DNA of 64,000 bases from an uncultured Alphaproteobacteria bacterium. GTDB taxonomy: Bacteria; Pseudomonadota; Alphaproteobacteria; Sphingomonadales; Sphingomonadaceae. The notes under the pieces are model-generated. The model did no database searches, was not told where the DNA came from, and saw only the letters and a list, made by a program, of their open reading frames with translations. The translations under genes and the position numbers were made by a program. Numbering within the stretch: the stretch's first letter is position 1; every line of letters starts with the position of its first letter. Below, piece after piece: positions 41,286-60,087 of the stretch. The stretch lies in the NCBI GenBank assembly GCA_963831215.1, contig CAWHPM010000012.1, positions 189,801-253,800 of the forward strand, given 5' to 3'.

Positions 41286-44007
41286 ATGAAATTCGTTGCA
41301 GCTCTTCTCGCGTCGGCGGCGCTCGTCGCTTCAGCGCCTCGGTCGGCGCGCGTGCCGCGGCAAGCCGACACCGTCGACGCCGAGCTTGCCGACGCAGCTG
41401 CCGCGCACCGCGGCCCCGCATCATTATGCGATCGCGATCACCCCGCACGAAGAGACGCTGACTTTCGACGGCAACGTCGAGGATCGATCTCGAGGTGACC
41501 AAGCCGACGGCGAAGCTGGTCCTCAACGCCGCCGATCTCGAACTTCGCGAACGGCGACGCTGGCCGGGGGCGGAGCACCGCTGACGGCCAAGGTTTCGAT
41601 CGATGACGAGGCGCAAACGGCAACTTTCAAATTTCGCGCCGGACGATCGCCCGGGCCGTTACCGCCTCGACATCGACTTATTCGGGCAAGATCAACACCC
41701 AGGCGAACGGCCTCTTCGCGCTCGATTACAAGAATCCCGAAGGCGTCCAGAAGCGCGCGATCTTCACGCAGTTCGAGCCGGCCGACGCGCGGCGGTTCGT
41801 CCCCAGCTGGGACGAGCCCGACTACAAGGCGACCTTCGACCTTACCGTCCGGGTGCCGGTAGGGCAGATGGCGGTCAGCAACATGCCCGCGGCATCAAGC
41901 CGTGATGTGCGGTAATGGCCTGAAGGAAGTCACTTTCCAGACAACCCCCACCATGTCGTCTTATCTGTTGTTCTTCGGCGCGGGCGAGTTCGGCCGGATC
42001 ACGAAGAGGGCCGGGAATACCGAGGTCGGCATCGTCATGGGCCGTGGCAACGAGGCCAAGGCGCGCACCGCGCTCGACGCGGAGGCCCAGATCCTCCCTT
42101 ATTACAACCAGTATTTCGGCGCGCCCTTCCCGCTTCCCAAGCTCGACAACGTCGCGGGTCCCGGCCAGTCGCAATTTTTCAGTGCGATGGAGAACTGGGG
42201 CGCGATCTTCACCTTCGAGCGGGTGCTGCTCGACGATCCCGCGGTGACTACCGAGAGCGAGCGCCAGGCGATCTTCTCCGTAGAAGCGCACGAAATGGCG
42301 CACCAATGGTTCGGCGACCTCGTGACCATGGCGTGGTGGGACGATCTGTGGCTCAACGAGGGCTTCGCAAGCTGGATGGCGAGCAAAGCCACCGAACATT
42401 TCCATCCGGACTGGGGCGCCGAGTTCGGCGCCGTCGGCGCGCGCGAAGGAGCGATGCACCAGGATGCGCTCACCACCACCCATCCGATCGTCCAGAATGT
42501 TCGCACGGTCGAGCAGGCCAACCAGGCATTCGACGCAATTACCTACTCGAAGGGCAAATCCGTCCTCAACATGCTGGAGGGCTATGCCGGGCCCGACATC
42601 TGGCAGCGCGGGATTCAGGCGTACATCCGCGCGCACGCCTATCAAAATACGCGCACGGACGACCTGTGGCGGGCCGCCGAAGCGGCCGGAGCGAAGGGCC
42701 TCACCCAAATCGCGCACGATTTCACGCTTCAGCCCGGCGTTCCACTGATCCGCGTCGGGGCGGTCACCTGCAATTCGGGGCAGAGCCACGTGACGCTGAT
42801 CCAGGACGAATTCTCGGCCGACCGCCAACCGGGCTCGTTCACGGCCCTCAGCTGGCACGTCCCCGTGCGCGTGGCGATCGTGGGCGGGCAGCCCGTGACG
42901 GCGGTGACCTCCGGCCGCGAGACGCAGGTGACCGTGCCCGGCTGCGGTCCGCTGCTCGTGAATGCAGGGCAGACCGGCTATTACCGAAGTCTCTACCCTG
43001 CCGCGGCGGCTGAACAGCTGCGTGCGAACTTCACCCGCATCGATCCCCTCGACGAATACGGGCTGGTCAGCGATCAGCTCGAGCTTTCCGAAGCGGGCTA
43101 TCAGCCGATGCGCATCGGCCTCGATTTCGCCGCCGCCATCCCGTCATCGGCGCGGCCGGAACTCGTGGCGCTCGGCAACGACCGCTGGACCGACCTCTAC
43201 CGCGATTTTGACGGCGATTCCGCGGCGCAGCGGCAGATCGCGGAACTCATTGAGCAACGCTATGCGCCCGTACTGGCGAAGATCGGCCTGTCACCCGCGG
43301 CTGGCGAGCAGCCAACGATCACGACGCTGCGCCCGCAGCTGATCGAAAGCCTCGGCATTGTCGGCGATCCGAAGGTGAATTCGGAAGCACGGCGGTTGTT
43401 CGCGGCGTTGCAGACGAACCCCAATGCGGTCGCAGGCGGCCTCAAGAACACGTGGCTCGGAATCATCGCGGTGAATGCCGACGCGGCGACGTGGGAGCAG
43501 CTCCACGCCATGGCGCGCAACGCCTCCGGCGCCACCGATCGGCAGAACCTCTATTCGCTGCTCGGGGTCGCCAAAGACGAGCAGCTCGCACGGCGCGCGC
43601 TCGAGCTCGCAATCACGGATGAGCCAGGAAAGACCGTGACTGCCGGGATGATCAGCGCCGTCGCGGGTCGTCATCCCGACCTGGCGCTCGACTTCGTGCT
43701 GGCGCACTGGTCCGAGGTCCAGAAATTCGTGGACCTCTCGGCGCAGTCGCGCTTCATCGGCCGCATTGCCTCGGGAAGCCACAACGCGGCGACCATCGCC
43801 AAGCTCAACGCTTATGCGAACGCCCATATTGCCAGCAGCGACCGGAAGCCGATCGACCAGGCGATCAACCTCATTCGGGTGAGGCTTGCCACCGAGCCGA
43901 GGATCAAGTCGGAAACGAAGGCGTGGCTGGCGACGCATGCTGTCTCCGGGCCGGCTGGGCCGACGCGGGCACCGGAGGCCGTGTCCTCGCCGACCGAACG
44001 CGGTTGA
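41286..44007 (+). CDS. secreted M1 aminopeptidase N (N-terminal frameshifts)
   Basis: TQFEPADARR, AMENWG, HEMAHQWFG..LWLNEGFA; tail ends SPTERG*. Confidence 0.92.
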
Positions 44008-44062
44008 TTAGGCTTAGAAATGCGCTATAGGCGCGCGTTCGCGGGAGCTTCGGCTTCCGCAA

Positions 44063-44128
44063 CCGTCCGAGACAGCTGCTGCCGTCGAGCCTTTTACAGG
44101 CAAACGGCTTAATCCGCAGCCTAGACGG
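44063..44128 (+). promoter_or_regulatory. L10 leader (rplJ autoregulatory RNA)
   Basis: CCGTCCGAGACAGC...TTAAT..GCCTAGACGG upstream of rplJ. Confidence 0.7.
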
Positions 44129-44276
44129 GGACAGGAATCATTCGGAGCGCTTGTTGCGGTCCGTCGTGCGTTGCATCGCAACGCAGATCCAAGCCCCACG
44201 GACAAAGCTGCCGAGGCTCGCCTCGGCTGTGTTGAACCTCGTCCGGAAACAATCCGGGCGGAATTTTGGAGTTGGC

Positions 44277-44792
44277 ATGGATCGTTCGCAAAAAGCCGAT
44301 CTGGTCGATGAGCTGAAGCAAGTCTTCACCGAGACGAGCGTTGTTGTGGTCACCCGCAACCTCGGTCTGACGGTGGCGCAGTCCACGGACCTGCGCCTGA
44401 AGATGCGCGACGCCGGCGCCCAGTTCAAAGTTGCGAAGAACCGACTTGCCCTGATTGCGCTCGAGGATACGCGCTACAAGCCGATCGGCGACCTTTTGAA
44501 AGGCCCGACCGCGTTGGCCACATCCGGAGACCCCGTCGCGGCGGCCAAGGTGGCCGTCGACTTCGCCAAGACGACCGACAGGTTCGAGATCGTCGGCGGC
44601 GCGATGGGCGACACGGTCCTCGACGTGAACGGGATCAAGGCGCTTGCTGCGCTGCCCTCGCTCGACGAACTGCGCGCGACCATCGTGGGCCTCATCCAGG
44701 CGCCCGCGAGCAAGATCGCCCGCACGATCAACGAGCCAGGCGCCCAGCTGGCCCGGGTCTTCGGCGCTTACGCCGCCAAGGAAGCCGCGTAA
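44277..44792 (+). CDS. rplJ: 50S ribosomal protein L10
   Basis: [22 protein letters not shown]. Confidence 0.97.
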   Translation: MDRSQKADLVDELKQVFTETSVVVVTRNLGLTVAQSTDLRLKMRDAGAQFKVAKNRLALIALEDTRYKPIGDLLKGPTALATSGDPVAAAKVAVDFAKTTDRFEIVGGAMGDTVLDVNGIKALAALPSLDELRATIVGLIQAPASKIARTINEPGAQLARVFGAYAAKEAA

Positions 44793-44854
44793 GCCTCAAA
44801 GCTTTTTCATCAACGCACGACAACCGGGGCCGAAGGCCCACCAAGGAGTATCAA

Positions 44855-45232
44855 ATGGCTGACATTACCAAGCTGGTCGACCAGCTTTCCGAACTGACTG
44901 TCCTCGAGGCCGCGGATCTCGCCAAGGCCCTCGAAGAGAAGTGGGGCGTCTCGGCCGCGGCTGCGGTCGCGGTTGCCGGCCCGGCCGCGGGTGGCCCGGC
45001 TGCTCCGGCCGCCGAAGAGAAGACCGAATTCGACGTCATCCTAACCGGCGACGGCGGCAAGAAGATCAACGTGATCAAGGAAGTCCGCGCGATCACCAAC
45101 CTTGGCCTCGGCGAGGCGAAGGCCTTGGTCGAGGGCGCTCCGAAGCCGATCAAGGAAGGCGTCAACAAGGACGAAGCCGAGAAGATCAAGAAGCAGATCG
45201 AGGACGCCGGCGGCACCGTCGAGCTGAAGTAA
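44855..45232 (+). CDS. rplL: 50S ribosomal protein L7/L12
   Basis: [24 protein letters not shown]. Confidence 0.98.
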   Translation: MADITKLVDQLSELTVLEAADLAKALEEKWGVSAAAAVAVAGPAAGGPAAPAAEEKTEFDVILTGDGGKKINVIKEVRAITNLGLGEAKALVEGAPKPIKEGVNKDEAEKIKKQIEDAGGTVELK

Positions 45233-45278
45233 CCAAGCAGTCCGCAACGAGTGGTCCCGGCGAACGCCGGGGAACGAG

Positions 45279-45310
45279 AGGGCGGTCCCGGCCGGGGCCG
45301 CCCTTTTCTT
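45279..45310 (+). terminator. intrinsic terminator after rplL
   Basis: AGGGCGGTCCC/GGGGCCGCCCT stem then TTTCTT. Confidence 0.75.
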
Positions 45311-45315
45311 GTGCG

Positions 45316-46188
45316 CTAGAGACTTCCGAGGAACGCGTCGATCGCGGCGGCCGCTTCCGGCTCGTTGAGTTCGGGCGCGTGACCGACGCCGGCAACCGTC
45401 GCGAGCTTCATGCCGGGCGCGACCTTTCCCATTTTCGCGGCGGTCTCGACAGTCAGCAGATCGCTCTTCTCACCGCGGATGACCAGCAAAGGTTTCTGGG
45501 CGAGCGCCGCGAACAAAGGCCATAGATCGACATTGGGCGTCGGTCCCTTGGTCTTGAACGGCTCGGCGATCGCCATGTCATAATCGAAGCGGATTTCGCC
45601 ATTTTCCTCGCGGCAGTTGCGCTTCGCCATCGCCACCCAATCCTGGTGTCCGTAGCGTTCGAACGATGCGCGCTGGATCTCCGCGACCGCGGCTCCCGCC
45701 TCGTCCCAGCTCGCGAAGCGCCGGTCCTTGCCGACGTAATTGAGAATGCGATCGACGCCTCCGGCCGCGACGTCGGGGCCGACGTCATTGAGGATTGCGG
45801 CGGCAATGCGCTGCGGCGCCAATGCGGCGACCGCCATCGTGACCAGTCCTCCGAGCGACGTTCCGACGAACACCGCCTGGGGGACCTTCAGCTCATCGAG
45901 AAGCGCGATGACATCGTTGGCATAGATGAGCGGCGTGTAGCGTTCCGGTTGCGGGTCATAGTCGCTCAGGCCCCTTCCGCGGAAATCAACGACAATCACA
46001 CGCCATGCGGGAGAATGGCGCTCGGCGAAGTCGGCGAAGTCGCGCGCGTTCCGCGTTAGCCCGTGGAGGCAGAGCAGCGGCGCTTGATCGGCCGGGCCCG
46101 GATAATCGCGATAATGAAGGCAAAGGCCGTCTTCGAGCGCCAGGTAGCCGTCCGCATATCGCGCCTCGATCAATTCATCCGGGTTCAT
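45316..46188 (-). CDS. alpha/beta hydrolase
   Basis: LHGLTRNARDF, DFRGRG, GTSLGG, GVGHAP. Confidence 0.9.
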   Translation of the reverse strand: MNPDELIEARYADGYLALEDGLCLHYRDYPGPADQAPLLCLHGLTRNARDFADFAERHSPAWRVIVVDFRGRGLSDYDPQPERYTPLIYANDVIALLDELKVPQAVFVGTSLGGLVTMAVAALAPQRIAAAILNDVGPDVAAGGVDRILNYVGKDRRFASWDEAGAAVAEIQRASFERYGHQDWVAMAKRNCREENGEIRFDYDMAIAEPFKTKGPTPNVDLWPLFAALAQKPLLVIRGEKSDLLTVETAAKMGKVAPGMKLATVAGVGHAPELNEPEAAAAIDAFLGSL

Positions 46189-46341
46189 TTGGTGGGTCCC
46201 ATACGCAACATCTTGTTGGTCGCGGTTCCGGAAATGTACGATAGCCTCCAATTCATCCAGGAAATTCTGACGATTTCGGCGGCAACGGTTTCCGGGGCCC
46301 ATGCGCTTTCCGTTTTCCGCACCGCCGATTAGGATGACCGA

Positions 46342-47137
46342 ATGCGGCAATATCTCGACCTCATGCAGCTGATCCTCGACCGAGGAGTCGAGCAGCAAGA
46401 CCGCACCGGCACCGGCACCCTCAGCTGGTTCGGAGCGCAGATGCGCTTCGACCTCGGCGACGGCTTCCCGCTTCTGACCACCAAGAAGCTGCACTTGAGG
46501 TCGATCATCATCGAATTGCTGTGGTTCCTCCGCGGCGACACCAACGTCCGCTGGCTCAACGAGCGCAAGGTCAGCATCTGGAATGAGTGGGCCGACGAGC
46601 AGGGCGACCTCGGCCCGGTCTATGGCAAGCAATGGCGTGATTGGGAAACAGCCGACGGACGCCGCGTCGACCAGATCGCCAACCTCGTCGAGCTGATCCG
46701 CAAGGACCCTTATTCGCGACGTCAGATCGTCACCGCCTGGAACCCCGGCGAGATTTCGAAGATGGCGCTCGCGCCGTGCCATTGCTTGTTCCAGACGCAG
46801 GTCGCCGCCGGTCGCCTCAACCTCCAGCTGTACCAGCGCAGCGCCGACATGTTCCTCGGCGTTCCCTTCAACATCGCGTCGTACGCGCTCCTGACGCACA
46901 TGCTGGCGCGCGAGTGCGGACTGGAGCCCGGAGTGTTCGTATGGACCGGCGGCGATTGCCACCTCTATCTCGAATCATCTCGACCAGGCCCGGCTGCAAC
47001 TTGGTCGTGAGCCGCGCCCTCTGCCTCGCCTGGTGATCAAGGACCGGGGGCAATCGCTCCTCGAGTACGAGGGCGACGATTTCGCGTTCGAGAACTACGA
47101 TCCCCACCCGCATATTTCGGCGCCGGTCGCGGTCTGA
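46342..47137 (+). CDS. thyA: thymidylate synthase (frameshift ~46970)
   Basis: [37 protein letters not shown] end. Confidence 0.96.
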
Positions 47138-47156
47138 AGAAATAACGTTAGTGCAA

Positions 47157-47181
47157 TGAACCCTTCGCGCGGCGCGGCGTT
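47157..47181 (+). promoter_or_regulatory. EcfG-like promoter
   Basis: TGAAC-N16-CGTT upstream of the entericidin-like cluster. Confidence 0.5.
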
Positions 47182-47209
47182 AGGAACCCCCGTCAGAAGG
47201 GAAAAGAAA

Positions 47210-47335
47210 ATGCTCCACAAGTTGACCACCGTGGCGATCCTCGGCGCCGCTCTTGCGATTGCGGCGTGCAACACCGTGCGCGGCGCCGCGAGAGACGTGA
47301 ATTCGGTCGCCAACACCGTCGATAACGCGACTTGA
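47210..47335 (+). CDS. entericidin A/B family lipoprotein 1 (41 aa)
   Basis: MLHKLTTVAILGAALAIAACNTVRGAARDVNSVANTVDNAT. Confidence 0.85.
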   Translation: MLHKLTTVAILGAALAIAACNTVRGAARDVNSVANTVDNAT

Positions 47336-47366
47336 TCGCGACCCTAGCTCGAAGAGGAAAAGCGTC

Positions 47367-47510
47367 ATGTTTCAGAAGATTGCAACCGTTGCACTGATCG
47401 GGATCGCCATGGCGGTCGCGGCCTGCAACACCGTTCGCGGCGCCGCCAAGGACGTGAACTCGGTCGCGAATTGCACCGAGAACACGATGAACGGCCAGAA
47501 CTGCAAATAA
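47367..47510 (+). CDS. entericidin A/B family lipoprotein 2 (47 aa)
   Basis: MFQKIATVALIGIAMAVAACNTVRGAAKDVNSVANCTENTMNGQNCK; RBS GAGG. Confidence 0.85.
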   Translation: MFQKIATVALIGIAMAVAACNTVRGAAKDVNSVANCTENTMNGQNCK

Positions 47511-47576
47511 GGTTCAGTAGACAGACAGGCTTGAGGTGATTCATTGTCGTTCCGAAATCATGTGAGAGGAACGGGA

Positions 47577-47717
47577 ATGATTCAAAGGTTGATGTCTGTT
47601 GTGCTGGTTGGGGCGTGCCTGGCCATCGCGGCATGCAATACGGTGCGTGGGGCGGCGAGCGACGTCGGCTCGGCCGCGAACTGCACCGAGAATGCGATGC
47701 ACGGCGGCCGCTGCTGA
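47577..47717 (+). CDS. entericidin A/B family lipoprotein 3 (46 aa)
   Basis: MIQRLMSVVLVGACLAIAACNTVRGAASDVGSAANCTENAMHGGRC; RBS GAGG. Confidence 0.83.
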   Translation: MIQRLMSVVLVGACLAIAACNTVRGAASDVGSAANCTENAMHGGRC

Positions 47718-47735
47718 CCATCGGCGCGGAAGCGC

Positions 47736-47777
47736 AAAAAAGAACCCCGCCGGATCGCTCCGGCGGGGTTTTTTGTT
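47736..47777. terminator. bidirectional intrinsic terminator
   Basis: AAAAAAG-AACCCCGCCGGA-tcgc-TCCGGCGGGGTT-TTTT between convergent genes. Confidence 0.88.
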
Positions 47778-47795
47778 CGAGCGATCTCCTAAGCC

Positions 47796-56378
<8,583 letters not shown>

Positions 56379-56661
56379 GTGCTTCCCTGCGCTATGCGAA
56401 GCGCAGGTGCTGGCCCCGCGCTACGCCGTGTATCCCGGCGACGGCCGGGATCCAGTTCTGGCACCGGCCTTCGCCGATGCACGATGATGGAGCGCTGCCC
56501 CGCGACCCTCTCCAATGCGTTCGGTCCGTGCGCCAACCCGGACCCTGTCCCGGAGAGGACGGGAAAAGCCCCGGGCGCACGTCACCGTGCGGCGGAGCCG
56601 TCTATTTTCGGATGTCGCCGATATAATCCTATTTTCCAGCACCGCAAGACCTTGCGCGGCT

Positions 56662-57642
56662 TTAGGCTCCAACCGGGATTGGCGCCGGCTCCCGGCTGAA
56701 AACTACCCGGCGGGCACGGCCCGGCCCATGGCCGGTCGCGTTGATGAACACGATGACGTCGAGCGCGAAGTACAGCGGCCGGTCATTCGAAAGGAGGAGA
56801 TGCGCGCCGCCGATCGCGGCAAGTTGATCACGAACGCTGTCGATCAGATCAGAATAATCAGGGACGCCCTCGGCATCGTCACCCAAACGCGCCCAGAGGG
56901 CCGCCCAGCCGCTTGTAAAGCGATCGAGGCAGGCCCTGACCTGCTCGAGACGGGGTCCTGCCTGGGTGCGCCCGAGCAGATCGGAGATGTGGCACTTGAG
57001 CTCCCAGGGCGACATTACCTCGGGAGCGTTTCTGCGCTCGAACTGGAGCTCGCCGCCGCCACCTGACGGTGGCACGATCTCGCTGCGTGGTGCGGCGCCT
57101 GATTCGCCTTGGCGGATGAGATCCCACAGCCGCTGCCCTCCGACGGTGTCGATGACGAGATGGATCCGGCGCTCCGCCCCTCGATTGACGACCGTGTGAT
57201 TGCGGAACGTGTCGAGTACCCAACACTCGCCCGCCCTCATGTGAACGGTCTGCTCGCCGCAGGTGAACTCCACGCCGGGATTGGTGATGACCGGAATGTG
57301 CACCCGGATGTGGGTCCGCCAATAATAATTGACGTCGATATGGCCGGGCACGTCGGATCCCGGCGCGAGGCCCATCAGCCGACTGCGTCCCCACACGGCT
57401 CCAAGCCCGGCCATCGAGTTCATCACGTAGGGACAGCGAAGTAGATGCTCGGTGGCGGCCATTGGACCGAACAAGGCGTCGGTGTCCTGACCGTTCGGCG
57501 TCACCAGCCGCACCGCCTCATTGCCGGCATAGCCGCTTGGATGAGGAGTCCACGCGCTCGGCGGCAGCGCGGCCACCTCCGCCGCGAGCCGTTCCGCATC
57601 GAAGCGGACGGGGAGCTTCGTCAATGGATCGTTTAGCTGCAT
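56662..57642 (-). CDS. aspartyl/asparaginyl beta-hydroxylase-like 2OG-Fe(II) oxygenase
   Basis: RSRLM, HID, RVHIPVITNP, H.VVN..RIHLVID; start could be 57690. Confidence 0.8.
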   Translation of the reverse strand: MQLNDPLTKLPVRFDAERLAAEVAALPPSAWTPHPSGYAGNEAVRLVTPNGQDTDALFGPMAATEHLLRCPYVMNSMAGLGAVWGRSRLMGLAPGSDVPGHIDVNYYWRTHIRVHIPVITNPGVEFTCGEQTVHMRAGECWVLDTFRNHTVVNRGAERRIHLVIDTVGGQRLWDLIRQGESGAAPRSEIVPPSGGGGELQFERRNAPEVMSPWELKCHISDLLGRTQAGPRLEQVRACLDRFTSGWAALWARLGDDAEGVPDYSDLIDSVRDQLAAIGGAHLLLSNDRPLYFALDVIVFINATGHGPGRARRVVFSREPAPIPVGA

Positions 57643-57827
57643 GGTATCGACCTCGGCGCCGGCCAACGCCTCCGGCTTTTGCCATTGCATTGCGAAGAAC
57701 CGCTTCCAAATCAAGGTTCTGCCTGCGGAGCCGCTGCGTCATGCATCTCTCCGAAATGGACACAGGTTACCCGACAACCGATGCGGTTCTAGTCGTCCCC
57801 CGGCGCGCCCTCAGGTAGACAAATGAT

Positions 57828-58232
57828 GTGCGTTGTCAGCGTGCCGATATCCCGCTCAAGCTCACCGGCCTCGTGGCCGCACGAGAGTTCTTCGCAGGCT
57901 GCTTTGTCGAACAGGACCCGGCTCTGGAAAGTCTTTGGGTCGCCCACCTCGATGAGCAGGCGCGGTGCCTGCATCTATCGCGCCACCTTGGCGATATGTG
58001 CGGTCTCGATCTCCCGCTTCGCCAGATTGTCGTGGACGCCGCTCGGCACGACAGCGCCTCCATCCTTCTCGCGCACAACCATCCGAGCGGGGTTGCGCGA
58101 CCGAGCGAGTCGGATCTGCGGGCGACCCGGCGCCTCGCCGGCGTCGTAGAGGCGCTCGGCTGCAAGCTGCTCGATCATCTAGTCTTCGCCGGCGACCAGT
58201 GCACCAGCATGAGGCGCCTCGGTTATCTCTAG
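57828..58232 (+). CDS. stand-alone RadC/JAB domain protein
   Basis: E..AHNHPSG..PSESD..LLDHLVF. Confidence 0.85.
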   Translation: MRCQRADIPLKLTGLVAAREFFAGCFVEQDPALESLWVAHLDEQARCLHLSRHLGDMCGLDLPLRQIVVDAARHDSASILLAHNHPSGVARPSESDLRATRRLAGVVEALGCKLLDHLVFAGDQCTSMRRLGYL

Positions 58233-58915
58233 GCCTTGCAGGGCCGGATCGACTCCGGAGGCGGCCGATTGCCCGCCAGCCGGAATGCCATGAAATAGGC
58301 CTCGCCGCCGGCCAGCGTCGCGAACTTGACGGGCCGCAGGTCCAGCGACGCGAACTCGCATCTTAGCTGCGCGGGCGGCATGCCGTGGCGGCTGACCGGC
58401 CGGTCGGCTTCGACCACCACGACCAGCCCGCCCGGCTTCACTCCTTCGCGCATGTGCCACAGGAAGGCGTAGGGCGACGCGACCTCATGGTACATGTGGA
58501 TGAGGAAGACCCGGTCGAACGTCGCCGCGGGGAGCCGCGGATCGTCGGGCGTGCCGAGCCTCACCGCGACATTGTCCAACCGTTTGCGCTGCACCCGCTC
58601 GGCGAGCTGATCGGTAACATCGGGCTGGATGTCCTCGGCGAGCACCCTTCCCTTCGGCCCGACGGCCCGCGCCAGGCGCACAGTATAATAGCCCTGACCG
58701 GCGCCGACATCGGCGACCCACATCCCGGGTCGGACCCCGGCAAGCTGCATCACCTCTTCCGCCTCGCCGAGGCGATCGCGCGCGTCTTCGGTGGAAAACG
58801 CGTCGCCGACGATCGGCGCGACATCGCGCTGGGCGGGCGGGAACTGCGGCTGACGAGGCTGCTCGCGGCAGGAGAGCAGCAGGAGAGCCGCTAGAGCGGC
58901 CGGCCTATTCCACAT
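58229..58915 (-). CDS. class I SAM-dependent methyltransferase, lipoprotein-like
   Basis: LLSC lipobox, [16 protein letters not shown]. Confidence 0.85.
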   Translation of the reverse strand: MWNRPAALAALLLLSCREQPRQPQFPPAQRDVAPIVGDAFSTEDARDRLGEAEEVMQLAGVRPGMWVADVGAGQGYYTVRLARAVGPKGRVLAEDIQPDVTDQLAERVQRKRLDNVAVRLGTPDDPRLPAATFDRVFLIHMYHEVASPYAFLWHMREGVKPGGLVVVVEADRPVSRHGMPPAQLRCEFASLDLRPVKFATLAGGEAYFMAFRLAGNRPPPESIRPCKA

Positions 58916-60032
58916 CCTCGACCTCGACCGTCTCACCCGTTACCCGCTGCGAAAGGGCCGCGGCCATGAAGCGGTCCAGGTCGCCGTCGAGGACATCTCC
59001 GGGAGCGGTGGAGGTCACACCCGTCCGCAGGTCTTTCACGAGCTGGTACGGCTGCAGCACGTAAGACCGAATCTGGTGCCCCCATCCGATGTCCGTCTTG
59101 GCGGCATTGGCGGCGCTCGCTTCAGCCTCCCGCTTCTGAAGCTCGGCTTCGTAGAGACGGGCCTTCAATTGCTTGAATGCCGAGGCGCGGTTCTTGTGCT
59201 GCGACCGCTCGTTCTGGCAGGCGACGACAATCCCGGTCGGAATGTGCGTGATCCTCACCGCGCTGTCGGTCGTGTTGACGTGCTGGCCGCCCGCGCCCGA
59301 GGCCCGATAGGTATCGATCCGAAGCTCGGCTTCGTTGATCTGGATGTCGATGTCGTCGTCGACTTCCGGATAGACCCACACGCTCGAAAAGCTCGTATGG
59401 CGCCGGGCGTTCGCGTCATAGGGGCTGATCCTGACGAGGCGGTGCACCCCGCTTTCGGTCTTCAGATTGCCGTAGGCATTCTCGCCCTTCACCAGGATCG
59501 TCGCCGACTTGATCCCCGCCTGCTCGCCCGAATGGTGGTCGATCATCTCGACCTTGAAGCCGTGCCGCTCCGCCCAGCGTGTGTACATTCGGAGGAGCAT
59601 CTCGGCCCAATCCTGGCTTTCCGTCCCACCCGCGCCGGCGTTGATTTCGGCATAAGCGCTATTGGCGTCGGCTTCACCCGCGAGGAGCGCGGCAACCTTG
59701 TCGCGATCGGCACGCTCGGCGAGCTCGGCGAGGCTTCGAATGCCGTCCTCGACGAGGTCGTTGTCGCCCTCGCTCTCGGCAAGCTCGATCAGCTCGGACG
59801 TCTCTGCGAGCTCTCGCTCGAGGGTTCGAGTCGCGCCGATAGCCTCGTCGAGCCGGCGCCGCTCGCGCATCACTTCCTGCGCCGCCTTGGGATCGTCCCA
59901 CAGCGCCGGTTCCTCGACCTTGGCGTTGAGCTCGTCGAGGCGCTTCAGCGCCCGGTCCCAATCGAGGAAGCGGCGCAACAACGCAGTCGCGGCATTGATC
60001 TGCTCGATATGGGTCTGCGCTTCGGCGCGCAT
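58905..60032 (-). CDS. prfB: peptide chain release factor 2
   Basis: [29 protein letters not shown]. Confidence 0.97.
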   Translation of the reverse strand: MRAEAQTHIEQINAATALLRRFLDWDRALKRLDELNAKVEEPALWDDPKAAQEVMRERRRLDEAIGATRTLERELAETSELIELAESEGDNDLVEDGIRSLAELAERADRDKVAALLAGEADANSAYAEINAGAGGTESQDWAEMLLRMYTRWAERHGFKVEMIDHHSGEQAGIKSATILVKGENAYGNLKTESGVHRLVRISPYDANARRHTSFSSVWVYPEVDDDIDIQINEAELRIDTYRASGAGGQHVNTTDSAVRITHIPTGIVVACQNERSQHKNRASAFKQLKARLYEAELQKREAEASAANAAKTDIGWGHQIRSYVLQPYQLVKDLRTGVTSTAPGDVLDGDLDRFMAAALSQRVTGETVEVEDVE

Positions 60033-60087
60033 GTTCGAAACCTCTCGGGAGGAGCGCTACTAAAGCGCGTTCTGGGTTGGCAAGCCG

